Assembly: GCA_038254195.1 (NCBI GenBank)
Contig: JBBSGJ010000001.1
Coordinates: forward strand, 1-45,556
DNA length: 45,556 bases
Source of the DNA: Solirubrobacterales bacterium
Lineage (GTDB): Bacteria > Actinomycetota > Thermoleophilia > Solirubrobacterales > Solirubrobacteraceae
Reading direction: 5' to 3'
Below are positions 25,712 through 35,095 of this stretch, in pieces (within the stretch, counting starts at the first letter, position 1; each line of letters opens with the position of its first letter). The position numbers and the translations under genes were made by a program. The notes below the pieces were generated by a model. That model saw only the letters and a program-made list of their open reading frames with translations, made no database searches and was not told where the DNA came from.

Positions 25712-26962
25712 CTACGCCCCCACCTCGGCGCGGATCGCGCCCGGTCCCTCGGCCGTCCGGCCCTCCCCCTCCGCCCCGGCCCCCACGAGGATGGAGATCT
25801 TCCCGAGGTGCTTGTTCTCGCGCATGAGCTGGTGGGCCTCGGCGACGCCCCCGAAGCCCATGGTCCGCCACAGCACGGGGCGGATCTTCGACTCCTCGAT
25901 GAGCGCGTTGGCCTTGTTGGCCTCCCAGGCATTCGCGAAGTGCGAGCCGAGGATCTCCTTCTGGCGCATCCACAGGTAGCGCACGTCGAAGTCGAGCTGG
26001 TACCCCGACGTCGCCCCGCAGATCACGACCTTCCCGAACGGCCGCACGGCGAGCACGGAGGTCGGGAACGTCGCCTGCCCGACGTGCTCGAAGACGATGT
26101 CGGGCTGGCCCCCGAGGAGCGCCTCGACGTGCTTGGAGAACCGCCGCGACTCCTTGAAGCGCGCCTTTTCTTCCTCCGCGTCCTCGCCGCCGCGGCGCAT
26201 CATTCCCGCGAACTCGTTGCGGTCGATGTAGTCCACCGCGCCGAGCGACTTGACGAGCTCGCCCTTGTCGGCGGAGGAGACCACGCCGACGGCGTCGGCG
26301 CCCGTGAGCGCGCAGAGCTGGGTGGCGAAGACCCCCAGGCCGCCGGCGGCGCCCCAGATCAGGACCCTGTGCCCGGCCTGGAGCCTGGCCCTGTCGAGCA
26401 ACATCCGGTAGGCGGTGAAGTACGTGAGCCCGTAGGACGCCGCCTCCTCCCAGGCGAGATGCGCGGGCTTGGGCAGGAGCTGCTGGGCCTGCACCTTCGT
26501 GAACTGCGCGAAGGACCCCCAGCTCGTCTCGTAGCCCCAGATCTTCTGCGACGGCGCCGCCAGCGGATCGAGCCCGTGGACCTCGGGATCCTCGTAGGAC
26601 GCCTGGTTGCAGTGCACGACCACCTCGTCCCCCGGCGTCCAGCGGGTGACCCCCGGCCCGACCTTCCAGACGACCCCCGAGGCATCGGATCCGCCGATGT
26701 GGTGATCCTCCCCGGGGTGGTAGCGAAAGACGGAGACCGGTCGCCCCAGGGCGGCCCAGACGTTGTTGAAGTTGACGCCGGCGGCCATGACGCGGACGAT
26801 GACCTCGAACGCGGCGGGCTCGGGGACCTCGATCTCCTCGACCTGGAAGGCGTCGACGGGCTCGCCCTCGCGGTCGGCACGGATGACCCAGGCCGCCATG
26901 GTCTCCGGCAGCTCGCCCGGCTCGGTCGCGACCCGGGAGACCCGGGTCAGATCGACTGCCAC
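25712..26962 (-). CDS. ccr: Crotonyl-CoA carboxylase/reductase-like medium-chain dehydrogenase/reductase
   Basis: This is the C-terminal part of track ORF 25712..29872: ...MAAWVIRADREGEPVDAFQVEEIEVPEP...VRVMAAGVNFNNVWAALGRPVSVF...HHIGGSDASGVVWKVGPGV...IWGYETSWGSFAQFTKVQAQQLLPKP...LIWGAAGGLGVFATQL... The preferred start is GTG 26962 (GAGGA 7-8 nt upstream); ATG 26899 is the alternative. Confidence 0.85.
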   Translation of the reverse strand: MAVDLTRVSRVATEPGELPETMAAWVIRADREGEPVDAFQVEEIEVPEPAAFEVIVRVMAAGVNFNNVWAALGRPVSVFRYHPGEDHHIGGSDASGVVWKVGPGVTRWTPGDEVVVHCNQASYEDPEVHGLDPLAAPSQKIWGYETSWGSFAQFTKVQAQQLLPKPAHLAWEEAASYGLTYFTAYRMLLDRARLQAGHRVLIWGAAGGLGVFATQLCALTGADAVGVVSSADKGELVKSLGAVDYIDRNEFAGMMRRGGEDAEEEKARFKESRRFSKHVEALLGGQPDIVFEHVGQATFPTSVLAVRPFGKVVICGATSGYQLDFDVRYLWMRQKEILGSHFANAWEANKANALIEESKIRPVLWRTMGFGGVAEAHQLMRENKHLGKISILVGAGAEGEGRTAEGPGAIRAEVGA

Positions 26963-27049
26963 GTACCGATCCTCACTGAAGGTCCCAGAAGCGCGGCATC
27001 CTATCCGTGGCCTCGGGTGCGCCCGAACGCGCTGCCGATGAGCATGTGA

Positions 27050-29260
27050 ATGGACGTCACGAACCTGCGACCCCTCCTCGAGGTCTCGCGCCTGCGCGCG
27101 AGCGTCGCCGGCGTGGGCGCGGTGCTCGAGGCGCTGGCGAGCGCGGTGGGGGAGTCGTTGGGCTACGGCACCGTGGTGGTCAACCGCTACCGGCCTGCGT
27201 GGGACGACCTCGAGGTCCAGGCCGTGCACGGCCCGCGACAGGCGCGGGACTTCCTGCTCGGGACCGCCGCCCCCCGGAGTGTCTGGGAGGAATGGCTCGA
27301 CCCGCGCTGGGAGCGCCAGGGGGCGTTCGTCGTTCCGCACGACGCCGAGATATGGGCCTCGGAGGAGTCGGAGAGCAGGGTCTTCGTCCCCGACCTCCCG
27401 ATCACCGACGACCCCGCCCGCTGGCATCCCGAGGACGCCCTCTTCGTGCCCATGCGCGGCGTGCGGGACGAGCTGCTCGGCGTCCTCTCCGTCGACGATC
27501 CGGCGTCGGGCCTGCGCCCGACCGACTCCGATCTCGCGCTGCTCTACGCGGTGGCGGCGCACGCCGGCCTGGTCCTCGCCGCCGCCGAGCGCGAGGAGGA
27601 GGCCGTGCGGCAGAGCTCGGCGGCCGACCATCTGCTCCGGGTCTCGGCGGAGCTGCGCGCCCACGAGGGGACGGACACCGTGCTCGGAGCGGTCTGCGAG
27701 GGGGTGCGCGAGGCGCTCGCCTTCGAAAGGGTTGCCGTCCTGCTGCGCGACGACGGCTCCGACGAGCTCTCGGCCCGGGCCGAGGCGGGCTGGGGCAGCC
27801 TCGCGCCCCTCGCCGCCGGCACCTCCCTGCGCGCGCTCGCGCCGCTCCTGCAAGACGAGTACGAGCGGGAGGGCTGCTACCTCGTCGACGGGCCCACGGC
27901 ACGTGCGCTGGGCGTCGAGCCGCACCGGCTCTGGTCCTCGGAGCGCAACGGGCGCGGGCCGTACGGGTGGAACCACCACTGGCTCCTCGTCCCTCTCCAG
28001 GGCTCGGACGGCGAGCCCCTGGGGTTCCTGTGGCCCGACGAGCCCGCCGATCGCCGGCTGCCCTCCGCCGGGCGCCTGCGCGCGCTCCGGCTCTTCGCCA
28101 ACCAGGCCGCCGCGGCGCTGGAGGCCGCCGCGCAGATCCACCTGCTCGTCCACCTCGCCCAGCACGATCCGCTCACGGGCCTGCGCAACCGGCGCGACCT
28201 CTCGACGGCGGTCGACGACGCCGTGCGGCGCGGCCCGGCCCCCGTCGCGGTCCTGCTCTGCGACCTCGACCACTTCAAGCGCATCAACGACGTCCACGGC
28301 CACGAAGCGGGGGACCGCGCGCTGGAGCGCTTCGCGGGCCTGCTGCGCGAGACCGCGGCGCCCGACGGGCTGGCCATCCGCCTGGGTGGGGAGGAGTTCG
28401 CCGTGGTGCTGCCGGGGCACGGCGCCGAGGAGGGGGTGGCCGCGGGGGACGACCTGCGCGCACGGACGACCGAGCGCTTCGACTCCGAGCTGCCCGGGCT
28501 CACCGTGTCGGTCGGCGTGGCGTGCTCGGGACGTGACGGGACCACCGCCCGCGAGCTGCTCACCGCCGCCGACGCGGCCCTGTACGCGGCCAAGCGCCTG
28601 GGCCGCGACCGGGCGGTCGCCCACGACGCGGGACTCGTGGACCGCCTGCGCGCGGCGGAGGACGAGCACTCCCGCGAGCTGCTCGCCGCGGTGCTGCTGC
28701 TGGCCGAGACGCTCGACCTGCGCGACCCCTCGACGGCGCGCCACTCCGAGAGCGTGGGGCGCTACGCCGAGCTCATCGCCCGCCGGCTCGGGCTCCCGCC
28801 CGACCGCGTCGAGCGGGTGCGGATCGCCGGCATCGTCCACGACCTGGGGAAGATCGCCGTCTCCGACGCCATCCTCCACCGTGCGGGTCCCCTCGACGAG
28901 GGCGAATGGGAGGAGGTCCGGCGCCACCCCGAGCTCGGCGCGCGGATCGTCGCCAGGGCGCACCTCACGGACGTCGCCGAGTGGGTGCGCGCGCACCACG
29001 AGCGACCGGACGGCACCGGCTATCCCCACCGGCTGGACGGCCGCAGCATCCCGCTCGAGGCGCGGATCCTCGCGGTCGCCGACGCGTACGAGGCGATGGT
29101 CGCCGAGCGGGCCTACCGCACCGCGATGCGCCCCGAGGAGGCGTGGGCCGAGCTCTCCCGCGCCGCCGCCGACGGGCAGTTCGACCCCGAGGTCGTCGAC
29201 GCGCTGCTCGTGGCGCTCGGCACGGGGCGGGTGGGGACCGACTTCAGGTCGATCGCCTGA
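27050..29260 (+). CDS. GAF-GAF-GGDEF-HD-GYP multidomain c-di-GMP signalling protein
   Basis: Two GAF-like N-terminal regions. Diguanylate cyclase domain: HDPLTGLRNRR...CDLDHFKRINDVHGHEAGD...RLGGEEFAVV. HD-GYP domain: HSESVGRY...IVHDLGKIAV...HHERPDGTGYPHRL. Confidence 0.9.
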   Translation: MDVTNLRPLLEVSRLRASVAGVGAVLEALASAVGESLGYGTVVVNRYRPAWDDLEVQAVHGPRQARDFLLGTAAPRSVWEEWLDPRWERQGAFVVPHDAEIWASEESESRVFVPDLPITDDPARWHPEDALFVPMRGVRDELLGVLSVDDPASGLRPTDSDLALLYAVAAHAGLVLAAAEREEEAVRQSSAADHLLRVSAELRAHEGTDTVLGAVCEGVREALAFERVAVLLRDDGSDELSARAEAGWGSLAPLAAGTSLRALAPLLQDEYEREGCYLVDGPTARALGVEPHRLWSSERNGRGPYGWNHHWLLVPLQGSDGEPLGFLWPDEPADRRLPSAGRLRALRLFANQAAAALEAAAQIHLLVHLAQHDPLTGLRNRRDLSTAVDDAVRRGPAPVAVLLCDLDHFKRINDVHGHEAGDRALERFAGLLRETAAPDGLAIRLGGEEFAVVLPGHGAEEGVAAGDDLRARTTERFDSELPGLTVSVGVACSGRDGTTARELLTAADAALYAAKRLGRDRAVAHDAGLVDRLRAAEDEHSRELLAAVLLLAETLDLRDPSTARHSESVGRYAELIARRLGLPPDRVERVRIAGIVHDLGKIAVSDAILHRAGPLDEGEWEEVRRHPELGARIVARAHLTDVAEWVRAHHERPDGTGYPHRLDGRSIPLEARILAVADAYEAMVAERAYRTAMRPEEAWAELSRAAADGQFDPEVVDALLVALGTGRVGTDFRSIA

Positions 29261-29263
29261 CCC

Positions 29264-29947
29264 ATGGCGCGACGCCTTGCCACCCTCGCCCTCCTCGCCG
29301 CCCTGGTCGGCTGTGGCGCGGCCCAGGCGCGGCCCCCGCGGGTGCTCGTGGTCACCGAGGCCCGGCGCTACGTCCACGCCTCCATCCCCGCCGCGGTCGC
29401 CGCGCTGCGCCGGCTCGGGCGCCGCGACGGCTACCGGATCGACGTGGTCGGCGCAGCGGCGGCGCTCACGCCGGCCCGCCTGCGCGGCGCGCGGGTGGTG
29501 GCCTTCGTCTCGACGACGGGCGAGCTGCGTGCCGGTCCGGGACCGTTGCTCGCGTGGATCCGGCGCGGGGGCGCGTTCCTCGGCCTGCACTCGGTCACCG
29601 CCACGTGGCGCCGCCAGAGGGAGTTCCACCGCATGCTCGGCGCCACGTTCCGCTCCCACCCGCGCGCGGGCTCCGGCCGCGTGGTCGTCGAGGACCGCCA
29701 CGATCGCGCGACGCGCGGCCTGCCGCGTTCCTTCGCGGTCCGCGACGAGTTCTACGTCTTCGCGCGCGATCCCCGCCCCCGCGTGCATGTGCTCGCCTCC
29801 CACCGCGGGACGCCGCTGGTGTGGCGGCGCTCCTACGGAGGCGGCCGGGTCTTCGTCGACTCCCTCGGCCACTTCGGAGCGCGCTGGCGCGAGCGTGACG
29901 CCCAGACGCTCGTGGGCGGCGGCCTGCGCTGGCTCCTGCGGCGGTGA
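29264..29947 (+). CDS. ThuA-domain lipoprotein
   Basis: Lipobox LAALVGCG, then RVLVVTEARRYVHASIP...GGAFLGLHS...FRSHP...DEFYVF, a ThuA-like pattern. Confidence 0.7.
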   Translation: MARRLATLALLAALVGCGAAQARPPRVLVVTEARRYVHASIPAAVAALRRLGRRDGYRIDVVGAAAALTPARLRGARVVAFVSTTGELRAGPGPLLAWIRRGGAFLGLHSVTATWRRQREFHRMLGATFRSHPRAGSGRVVVEDRHDRATRGLPRSFAVRDEFYVFARDPRPRVHVLASHRGTPLVWRRSYGGGRVFVDSLGHFGARWRERDAQTLVGGGLRWLLRR

Positions 29948-29957
29948 GGTGCTACCA

Positions 29958-29971
29958 CTCCTGACCAGGAG
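29958..29971. promoter_or_regulatory. Short perfect palindrome CTCCTG-ac-CAGGAG upstream of coxS
   Basis: Read directly in the 38-nt gap between the thuA-like stop and coxS ATG 29986. The RBS GAGAGGAG follows at 29973-80. It may be an operator or a weak hairpin. Confidence 0.2.
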
Positions 29972-29985
29972 CGAGAGGAGACCCG

Positions 29986-30474
29986 ATGGCCGAGAAGATC
30001 CCGGTACGGATCACCGTGAACGGTGAGTCGCACGAATCGCACGTGGAGCCCCGGCTCCTGCTCGTGCACTATCTGCGCGATCGGCTCGGGCTGACGGGGA
30101 CCCACGTCGGGTGCGACACCTCGAACTGCGGCGCGTGCACGTGCCACGTCGACGGCGAGTCCGTCAAGAGCTGCACGGTCCTCGCCGTGCAGGCCGACGG
30201 CGCCGAGGTCACCACGATCGAGGGCCTGGCCGCCTCGCCCGACGAGCTCCATCCGCTCCAGGCGGCGTTCTGGGAGCACCACGGCCTGCAGTGCGGCTTC
30301 TGCACCCCCGGGATGATCATGGCCGCCGCCGACCTGCTCGCCCGCAACCCCCACCCGAGCGAGGAGGAGGTCCGCCACGGCCTCGAGGGCAACCTCTGCC
30401 GCTGCACGGGCTACCACAACATCGTCAAGGCGGTGATGAGCGTCGCCTCCACCCCCGCGCCGGTGAACGCATGA
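29986..30474 (+). CDS. coxS: Molybdo-flavoprotein dehydrogenase small [2Fe-2S] subunit (CoxS family)
   Basis: [16 protein letters not shown] and [11 protein letters not shown]...CRCTGY are the two 2Fe-2S cluster motifs. Confidence 0.9.
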   Translation: MAEKIPVRITVNGESHESHVEPRLLLVHYLRDRLGLTGTHVGCDTSNCGACTCHVDGESVKSCTVLAVQADGAEVTTIEGLAASPDELHPLQAAFWEHHGLQCGFCTPGMIMAAADLLARNPHPSEEEVRHGLEGNLCRCTGYHNIVKAVMSVASTPAPVNA

Positions 30475-32921
30475 GCGTCACCGGGGAGCGCGCCGCCAAC
30501 GGCTACGTCGGGCGGTCTGTGAAGCGCAAGGAGGACCCGCCGCTCATCCAGGGCCAGGGGACCTACGTCGAGGACATCGTGCTCGTCGGGACGTTGCACG
30601 CGGCGATCGTCCGCTCACCCGAGGCGCACGCGAGGATCACGTCGATCGACACGAGCGCCGCGGCGGCGCGCGACGACGTGGTCGGCGTCTTCGTCGGCGA
30701 GGACCTGTCCGACCTCCTCGCCCCGCTGCCCATGGCCTGGGTCCCTCCGGGGGTGGAGATCAAGGCGCCCGAGCACTGGCCGCTCGCGCGCGGCGAGGTC
30801 AACCACGTGGGCGATCCCGTCGCCGTCGTCGTCGGCCGGGACAAGTACACGGTCATCGATGCCGCCGAGGACGTGGTCGTCTCCTACGAGTCGCTGCCGG
30901 TGGTCGTCGACCCCGAGGAGGCGATGGAGGACGAGATCCTCGTCCACGCGGATCTCGGGACGAACAGGACGCACGAGTGGTCGCTCGGCGGTGGGGATCT
31001 CGAGGCGGGCTTCGCCGAGGCCGACGTGGTCATCGAGCGGCGCATCGTCAACCACCGCATCAGCGGGGCTCCCATCGAGCCCCGCGCGACCCTCGCCGAA
31101 TGGCGCGGCGGGGAGCTCACCCTGTGGACCACCACGCAGGTGCCGCACATCCTGCGCCTCCAGCTCGCGGGGATGCTCGGCGTCCCCGAGGACCGCCTGC
31201 GGGTCATCGCCCCCGACGTGGGCGGCGGCTTCGGCGCCAAGCTCCAGGTCTACGGGGAGGAGGCCCTGACCTGCTGGCTGGCGCGGAAGCTCGGGCGACC
31301 GGTGCGCTGGACCGAGACCCGCTCGGAGCACATGACGACCTCGCACCACGGACGCGACCAGATCGACACCGTGCGGATGGGCGCGAAGTCAGACGGGACC
31401 GTCACCGCGTTCCACGCGAAGATCCTCGCGGACTTCGGCGCCTACCACATGCTGCTCACGCCGCTGATCCCCACGCTGGGGTCGTTCGTGATGAACGGCT
31501 GCTACCGCTTTCCGGCGGTCCGGACCGACATCACCGGGGTGTTCACGAACAAGATGGGCACGGACGCGATCCGCGGCGCCGGGCGGCCCGAGGCCACCCA
31601 CATGATCGAGACGATGATGGACCAGATGGCGGCCGAGCTCGGGATGAACCGGCTCGCGCTCCGCCGGAAGAACTTCATCGGCAAGGAGGACTTCCCCTAC
31701 GACACCCCGGTGGGGATCACCTACGACTCCGGGGACTACCACGCCTCGCTCGACAAGCTGCTCTCGAAGCTCGACTACGCGGAGTTCGAGCGCGAGAAGG
31801 CGGAGTTGCGAGCCCAGGGCATATATCGCGGGATCGGGTTCTCCACGTACACGGAGATCTGCGGCCTGGCGCCGTCGCGGGCGGTCGGGCCGAGCGGGGT
31901 CGGCATCCAGGCCGGCTTCTGGGAGTCCGCCGTCGTCCGCGTGCATCCCTCGGGGACCGCGACCGTCTACTCGGGCACCTCGCCGCACGGCCAGGGCCTC
32001 GACACCGCGTTCGCGCAGATCGTCGCCGACAAGCTCGGGATCTCCCCCGACCAGGTCGAGGTGATCCACGGCGACACGGGCCGCGGCCCGATGGGCATGG
32101 GCACGTACGGCTCGCGGTCGCTGTCGGTGGGCGGCGAGTCGATCGCCCGGTGCGCCGACAAGGTTGTCGACAAGGTCGCGAAGATCGCGGCGCACCTGCT
32201 CGAGGCGGCGCCGGAGGACATCGAGCTGCACGACGGGAAGTTCTCCGTACGCGGGACCGACCAGGGCATGGGCCTCGCCGACGTGTCCCTCGCGGCCTAC
32301 GTCCCCGAGAACCTGCCGGAGGGCATGGAGCCCGGCCTGGAGGAGACGAACTTCTACGACCCGTCGAACTTCGTCTTCCCCTTCGGCGCCCACGCGGCGA
32401 TCGTCGACGTCGACGCCGAGACGGGGAAGGTCTCCGTCGCGCGCTACGTCGCGGTGGACGACTGCGGCCCGGCGGTCAACCCGCTGCTCATCGACGGACA
32501 GGTCCACGGGGGCATCGCCCACGGGATCGGCCAGGCGCTGTTCGAGCAGATCGTCTACGACGAGGAGGGCCAGCTCGTGACGGGCACGTTCGTCGACTAC
32601 GCGCTGCCCACCGCCGCGGAGCTGCCCTCGTTCGAGACCGACCGCACCGAGACGCCGTCCCCCACCAACGGGCTCGGCGTCAAGGGCGTGGGCGAGGCGG
32701 GCACGATCGCCGCGTCGCCGGCGATCGTCAACGCGGCGGTGGACGCGCTGCGGCCGCTCGGGGTCACCTTCCTCGACATGCCGCTGACCCCGATGCGGGT
32801 ATGGCAGGCGATCGAGGGGGCGGGACCACCGCCGACCGAGCAGGGGCGCATGAGCTCCGACGCGGGCTCGGCGGGCTCGGGCCCGACCAACCCCGAGCAG
32901 CCCCAGGGAGGCCTCCAGTGA
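30471..32921 (+). CDS. coxL: Molybdopterin-binding large subunit (CoxL family, form-II-like)
   Basis: ATGA overlap at 30471. The N-terminus [25 protein letters not shown] is typical of the family. The active-site-loop region reads [13 protein letters not shown], which is the AYRGAGR type rather than the form-I AYxCSFR type. Confidence 0.9.
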   Translation: MSVTGERAANGYVGRSVKRKEDPPLIQGQGTYVEDIVLVGTLHAAIVRSPEAHARITSIDTSAAAARDDVVGVFVGEDLSDLLAPLPMAWVPPGVEIKAPEHWPLARGEVNHVGDPVAVVVGRDKYTVIDAAEDVVVSYESLPVVVDPEEAMEDEILVHADLGTNRTHEWSLGGGDLEAGFAEADVVIERRIVNHRISGAPIEPRATLAEWRGGELTLWTTTQVPHILRLQLAGMLGVPEDRLRVIAPDVGGGFGAKLQVYGEEALTCWLARKLGRPVRWTETRSEHMTTSHHGRDQIDTVRMGAKSDGTVTAFHAKILADFGAYHMLLTPLIPTLGSFVMNGCYRFPAVRTDITGVFTNKMGTDAIRGAGRPEATHMIETMMDQMAAELGMNRLALRRKNFIGKEDFPYDTPVGITYDSGDYHASLDKLLSKLDYAEFEREKAELRAQGIYRGIGFSTYTEICGLAPSRAVGPSGVGIQAGFWESAVVRVHPSGTATVYSGTSPHGQGLDTAFAQIVADKLGISPDQVEVIHGDTGRGPMGMGTYGSRSLSVGGESIARCADKVVDKVAKIAAHLLEAAPEDIELHDGKFSVRGTDQGMGLADVSLAAYVPENLPEGMEPGLEETNFYDPSNFVFPFGAHAAIVDVDAETGKVSVARYVAVDDCGPAVNPLLIDGQVHGGIAHGIGQALFEQIVYDEEGQLVTGTFVDYALPTAAELPSFETDRTETPSPTNGLGVKGVGEAGTIAASPAIVNAAVDALRPLGVTFLDMPLTPMRVWQAIEGAGPPPTEQGRMSSDAGSAGSGPTNPEQPQGGLQ

Positions 32922-33760
32922 TCCCCGCCGAGTTCGACTACGTCGTGCCGTCCTCGCTGGACGAGGCGCTGGCGCAGCTCGCCGCGGGCGGGGAGGACGC
33001 CAAGGTGCTCGCGGGCGGGCACTCGCTCGTTCCCCTCATGAAGATGCGCCTGGCCGCGCCCTCGCTGCTCGTGGACGTCCGGCGGATACCGGAGCTCCAC
33101 GGCATCCGGCGCACGAACGGCGCGTGGTCGTTCGGCGCCCTCACGCGCCACGCCGAGCTCCAGTCGCGCGAGGAGCTGGGGCTCGTGGCGCAGGTCGCGA
33201 AGACGATCGCCGACCAGCAGGTCCGCAACCGGGGGACGATCGGGGGCTCGCTGGCCCACGGCGATCCGGCGTCGGACCTCCCGGCGGTCCTGCTCGCCTG
33301 CGAGGGATCGGTGGGGATCACCGGCCCGGACGGTGAGCGCCACGTGGACGCGGCCGACCTGTTCCAGAACTACCTCACGACCGCCGTGGGCCAGGGGGAG
33401 ATCCTCACCCACGTCCACCTGCCGGCGCTGGACGGCTACGGGCACGCCTACGAGAAGTTCCACCGCCGCGCGGAGGACTGGGCGATGGTCGGGGTCTGCG
33501 CCCTGGTGCGCAAGGGGGCGGACGGGTCCTGCGAGGACGTCCGGGTCGGGCTGACCCACATGGGCTCGGTCCCCCTCCGGGCGACGGGGGTCGAGGAGGC
33601 CCTGCGCGGGGGCGCGCTCGACGAGGGGACGATCGCCCGCGCCGCCGAGCAGGCCGCCGAGGGCACCGAGCCCCCCGGCGACCTGAACGCCTCCCCGGAC
33701 TACAAGCGCCACCTGGCGCGCGTGCTGACGAAGCGGGCGCTGATCACCGCGGCGGGGTAG
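32918..33760 (+). CDS. coxM: FAD-binding medium subunit (CoxM family)
   Basis: GTGA overlap at 32918. FDYVVPSSLDEALAQLAAGGEDAKVLAGGHSLVPLMKMRLAAP...IGGSLAHGDPASD. Confidence 0.9.
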   Translation: MIPAEFDYVVPSSLDEALAQLAAGGEDAKVLAGGHSLVPLMKMRLAAPSLLVDVRRIPELHGIRRTNGAWSFGALTRHAELQSREELGLVAQVAKTIADQQVRNRGTIGGSLAHGDPASDLPAVLLACEGSVGITGPDGERHVDAADLFQNYLTTAVGQGEILTHVHLPALDGYGHAYEKFHRRAEDWAMVGVCALVRKGADGSCEDVRVGLTHMGSVPLRATGVEEALRGGALDEGTIARAAEQAAEGTEPPGDLNASPDYKRHLARVLTKRALITAAG

Positions 33761-33773
33761 CCACGGGCGAGTG

Positions 33774-34022
33774 TCAGGGAACCAGGGTCGCCCGATCCAC
33801 GTAGACCCCCGGGCCCGACGGCTGTGGGAGCCGGTCGCCGTCCTCCGCCATGCCCTCGAGGTGGAAGGCGAGGGCCTCGCGCATCTCGCGCTCGACTTCC
33901 TCGAGGGTGTCTCCGGTGCTGACGCACCCGAGGACGTCGGGGGACCACGCCGAGTAGTTCGAGGGCGGCCCGCCCTCGATGAGAACGAGGTACTGCTGCG
34001 CGGCGGTGGTGAAGTCGGTCAT
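33774..34022 (-). CDS. hicB: Type II antitoxin HicB family (UPF0150)
   Basis: YLVLIEGGPPSNYSAWSPDVLGCVSTGDTLEEVEREMREALAFHLEGMAEDG is a typical HicB N-domain. ATGA overlap with hicA. Confidence 0.8.
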   Translation of the reverse strand: MTDFTTAAQQYLVLIEGGPPSNYSAWSPDVLGCVSTGDTLEEVEREMREALAFHLEGMAEDGDRLPQPSGPGVYVDRATLVP

Positions 34023-34207
34023 GGTCGTAGCCCTGCCTGTTCGAGGATGCTGGCCAGGGTCTTCGGATGGAGGTCCTTCCCCGGCTTGCCCGGAATTGTG
34101 ACGCGTCCCGGCTTCTGAGGATGCTCGAACTGGCGATGGCTGCCGCGATACCCGCGTAACTCCCAGCCGTCGTTCTCCACGAGCCGGATGACCTCTCGCA
34201 CCTTCAC
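34019..34207 (-). CDS. hicA: Type II toxin HicA (mRNA interferase)
   Basis: GTG 34207 within track ORF 34019..35230: VKVREVIRLVENDGWELRGYRGSHRQFEHPQKPGRVTIPGKPGKDLHPKTLASILEQAGL. The remainder of the track ORF is antisense to the MoxR gene. Confidence 0.85.
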   Translation of the reverse strand: MKVREVIRLVENDGWELRGYRGSHRQFEHPQKPGRVTIPGKPGKDLHPKTLASILEQAGLRP

Positions 34208-34258
34208 GGCGCCAGCCTCGACTAGCGGGGACGGGAGGAGGCGGCGCGGGTACCTTTC

Positions 34259-35095
34259 GTGACGATGGCGTTTGCCTCCGTGGCCGAAGTGGGGGAGGAG
34301 CTCGCGGGGCAGGGGTACCTGGCCGACGAGGCGCTGGCGATCGCCGTGTTCCTCGCCGCGGAGATCGAGCAGCCGCTGCTCCTGGAGGGCGAGGCCGGGG
34401 TGGGCAAGACCGAGGTGGCCAAGGCCGTCGCGGCGGCGACCGGCGCGCGGCTCATCCGGCTGCAGTGCCACGAGGGGATCGACCTCCACCAGGCGCTCTA
34501 CGACTGGGACTGGGGGCGCCAGCTCCTGGCTCTGCGCGCCGGCAGCGGCGACGTCGAGCTCTTCTCGGAGCGCTTTCTGCTGCGCCGCCCGCTGCTCGAG
34601 GCGCTCGAGCACCCGGGCCCGGTCGTCCTGCTCGTCGACGAGATCGATCGTGCCGACGACGAGTTCGAGGCCTTCCTGCTCGAGTTCCTCTCCGACTTCC
34701 AGGTGACGATCCCCGAGCTCGGGACCCGCACGGCGCGGGGGCGCCCGCTCGTGATCCTGACCTCGAACCGGACCCGCGAGCTCCACGACGCGCTCAAGCG
34801 CCGCTGCCTCTATCACTGGATCGACTACCCCACGCCGGTCCGCGAGCGCGAGATCGTCGCCGCCCGGCTGCCCGGCGTGCCCGACGAGATCGCCGCCCGC
34901 GTGTGCGGAGCCGTCGCCCGCCTGCGCGAGGAGCCGCTCTACAAGCTGCCCGGTGTGGGGGAGACCCTGGCGTGGGCCCGGGCGCTGCTCGCCCTGGGCG
35001 ACGGCGCGGAGCTCGACGCCACGCTCGGCGCCGCGCTCAAGGTCCGCGAGGACATCGAGCGCGTGCGGACCGAGGGGGTGCTCGCCGGTGCCTGA
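34259..35095 (+). CDS. MoxR-type AAA+ ATPase (CoxD-like)
   Basis: Walker A GEAGVGKT and Walker B LLVDEIDRA, followed by LTSNRTRELHDALKRRC. Confidence 0.85.
   Translation: MTMAFASVAEVGEELAGQGYLADEALAIAVFLAAEIEQPLLLEGEAGVGKTEVAKAVAAATGARLIRLQCHEGIDLHQALYDWDWGRQLLALRAGSGDVELFSERFLLRRPLLEALEHPGPVVLLVDEIDRADDEFEAFLLEFLSDFQVTIPELGTRTARGRPLVILTSNRTRELHDALKRRCLYHWIDYPTPVREREIVAARLPGVPDEIAARVCGAVARLREEPLYKLPGVGETLAWARALLALGDGAELDATLGAALKVREDIERVRTEGVLAGA

Noticed and set aside
24173-27049. 958-aa plus-strand ORF
   Set aside because: It is out of frame with the PucR regulator and antisense to the ccr-like gene, and it is extremely Arg/Pro-rich.
26963-29872. N-terminal 970 codons of minus-strand ORF 25712..29872 (1386 aa)
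   Set aside because: Only the last roughly 416 codons resemble Ccr. The remainder is antisense to the GAF-GGDEF-HD-GYP and ThuA genes and is compositionally non-coding.
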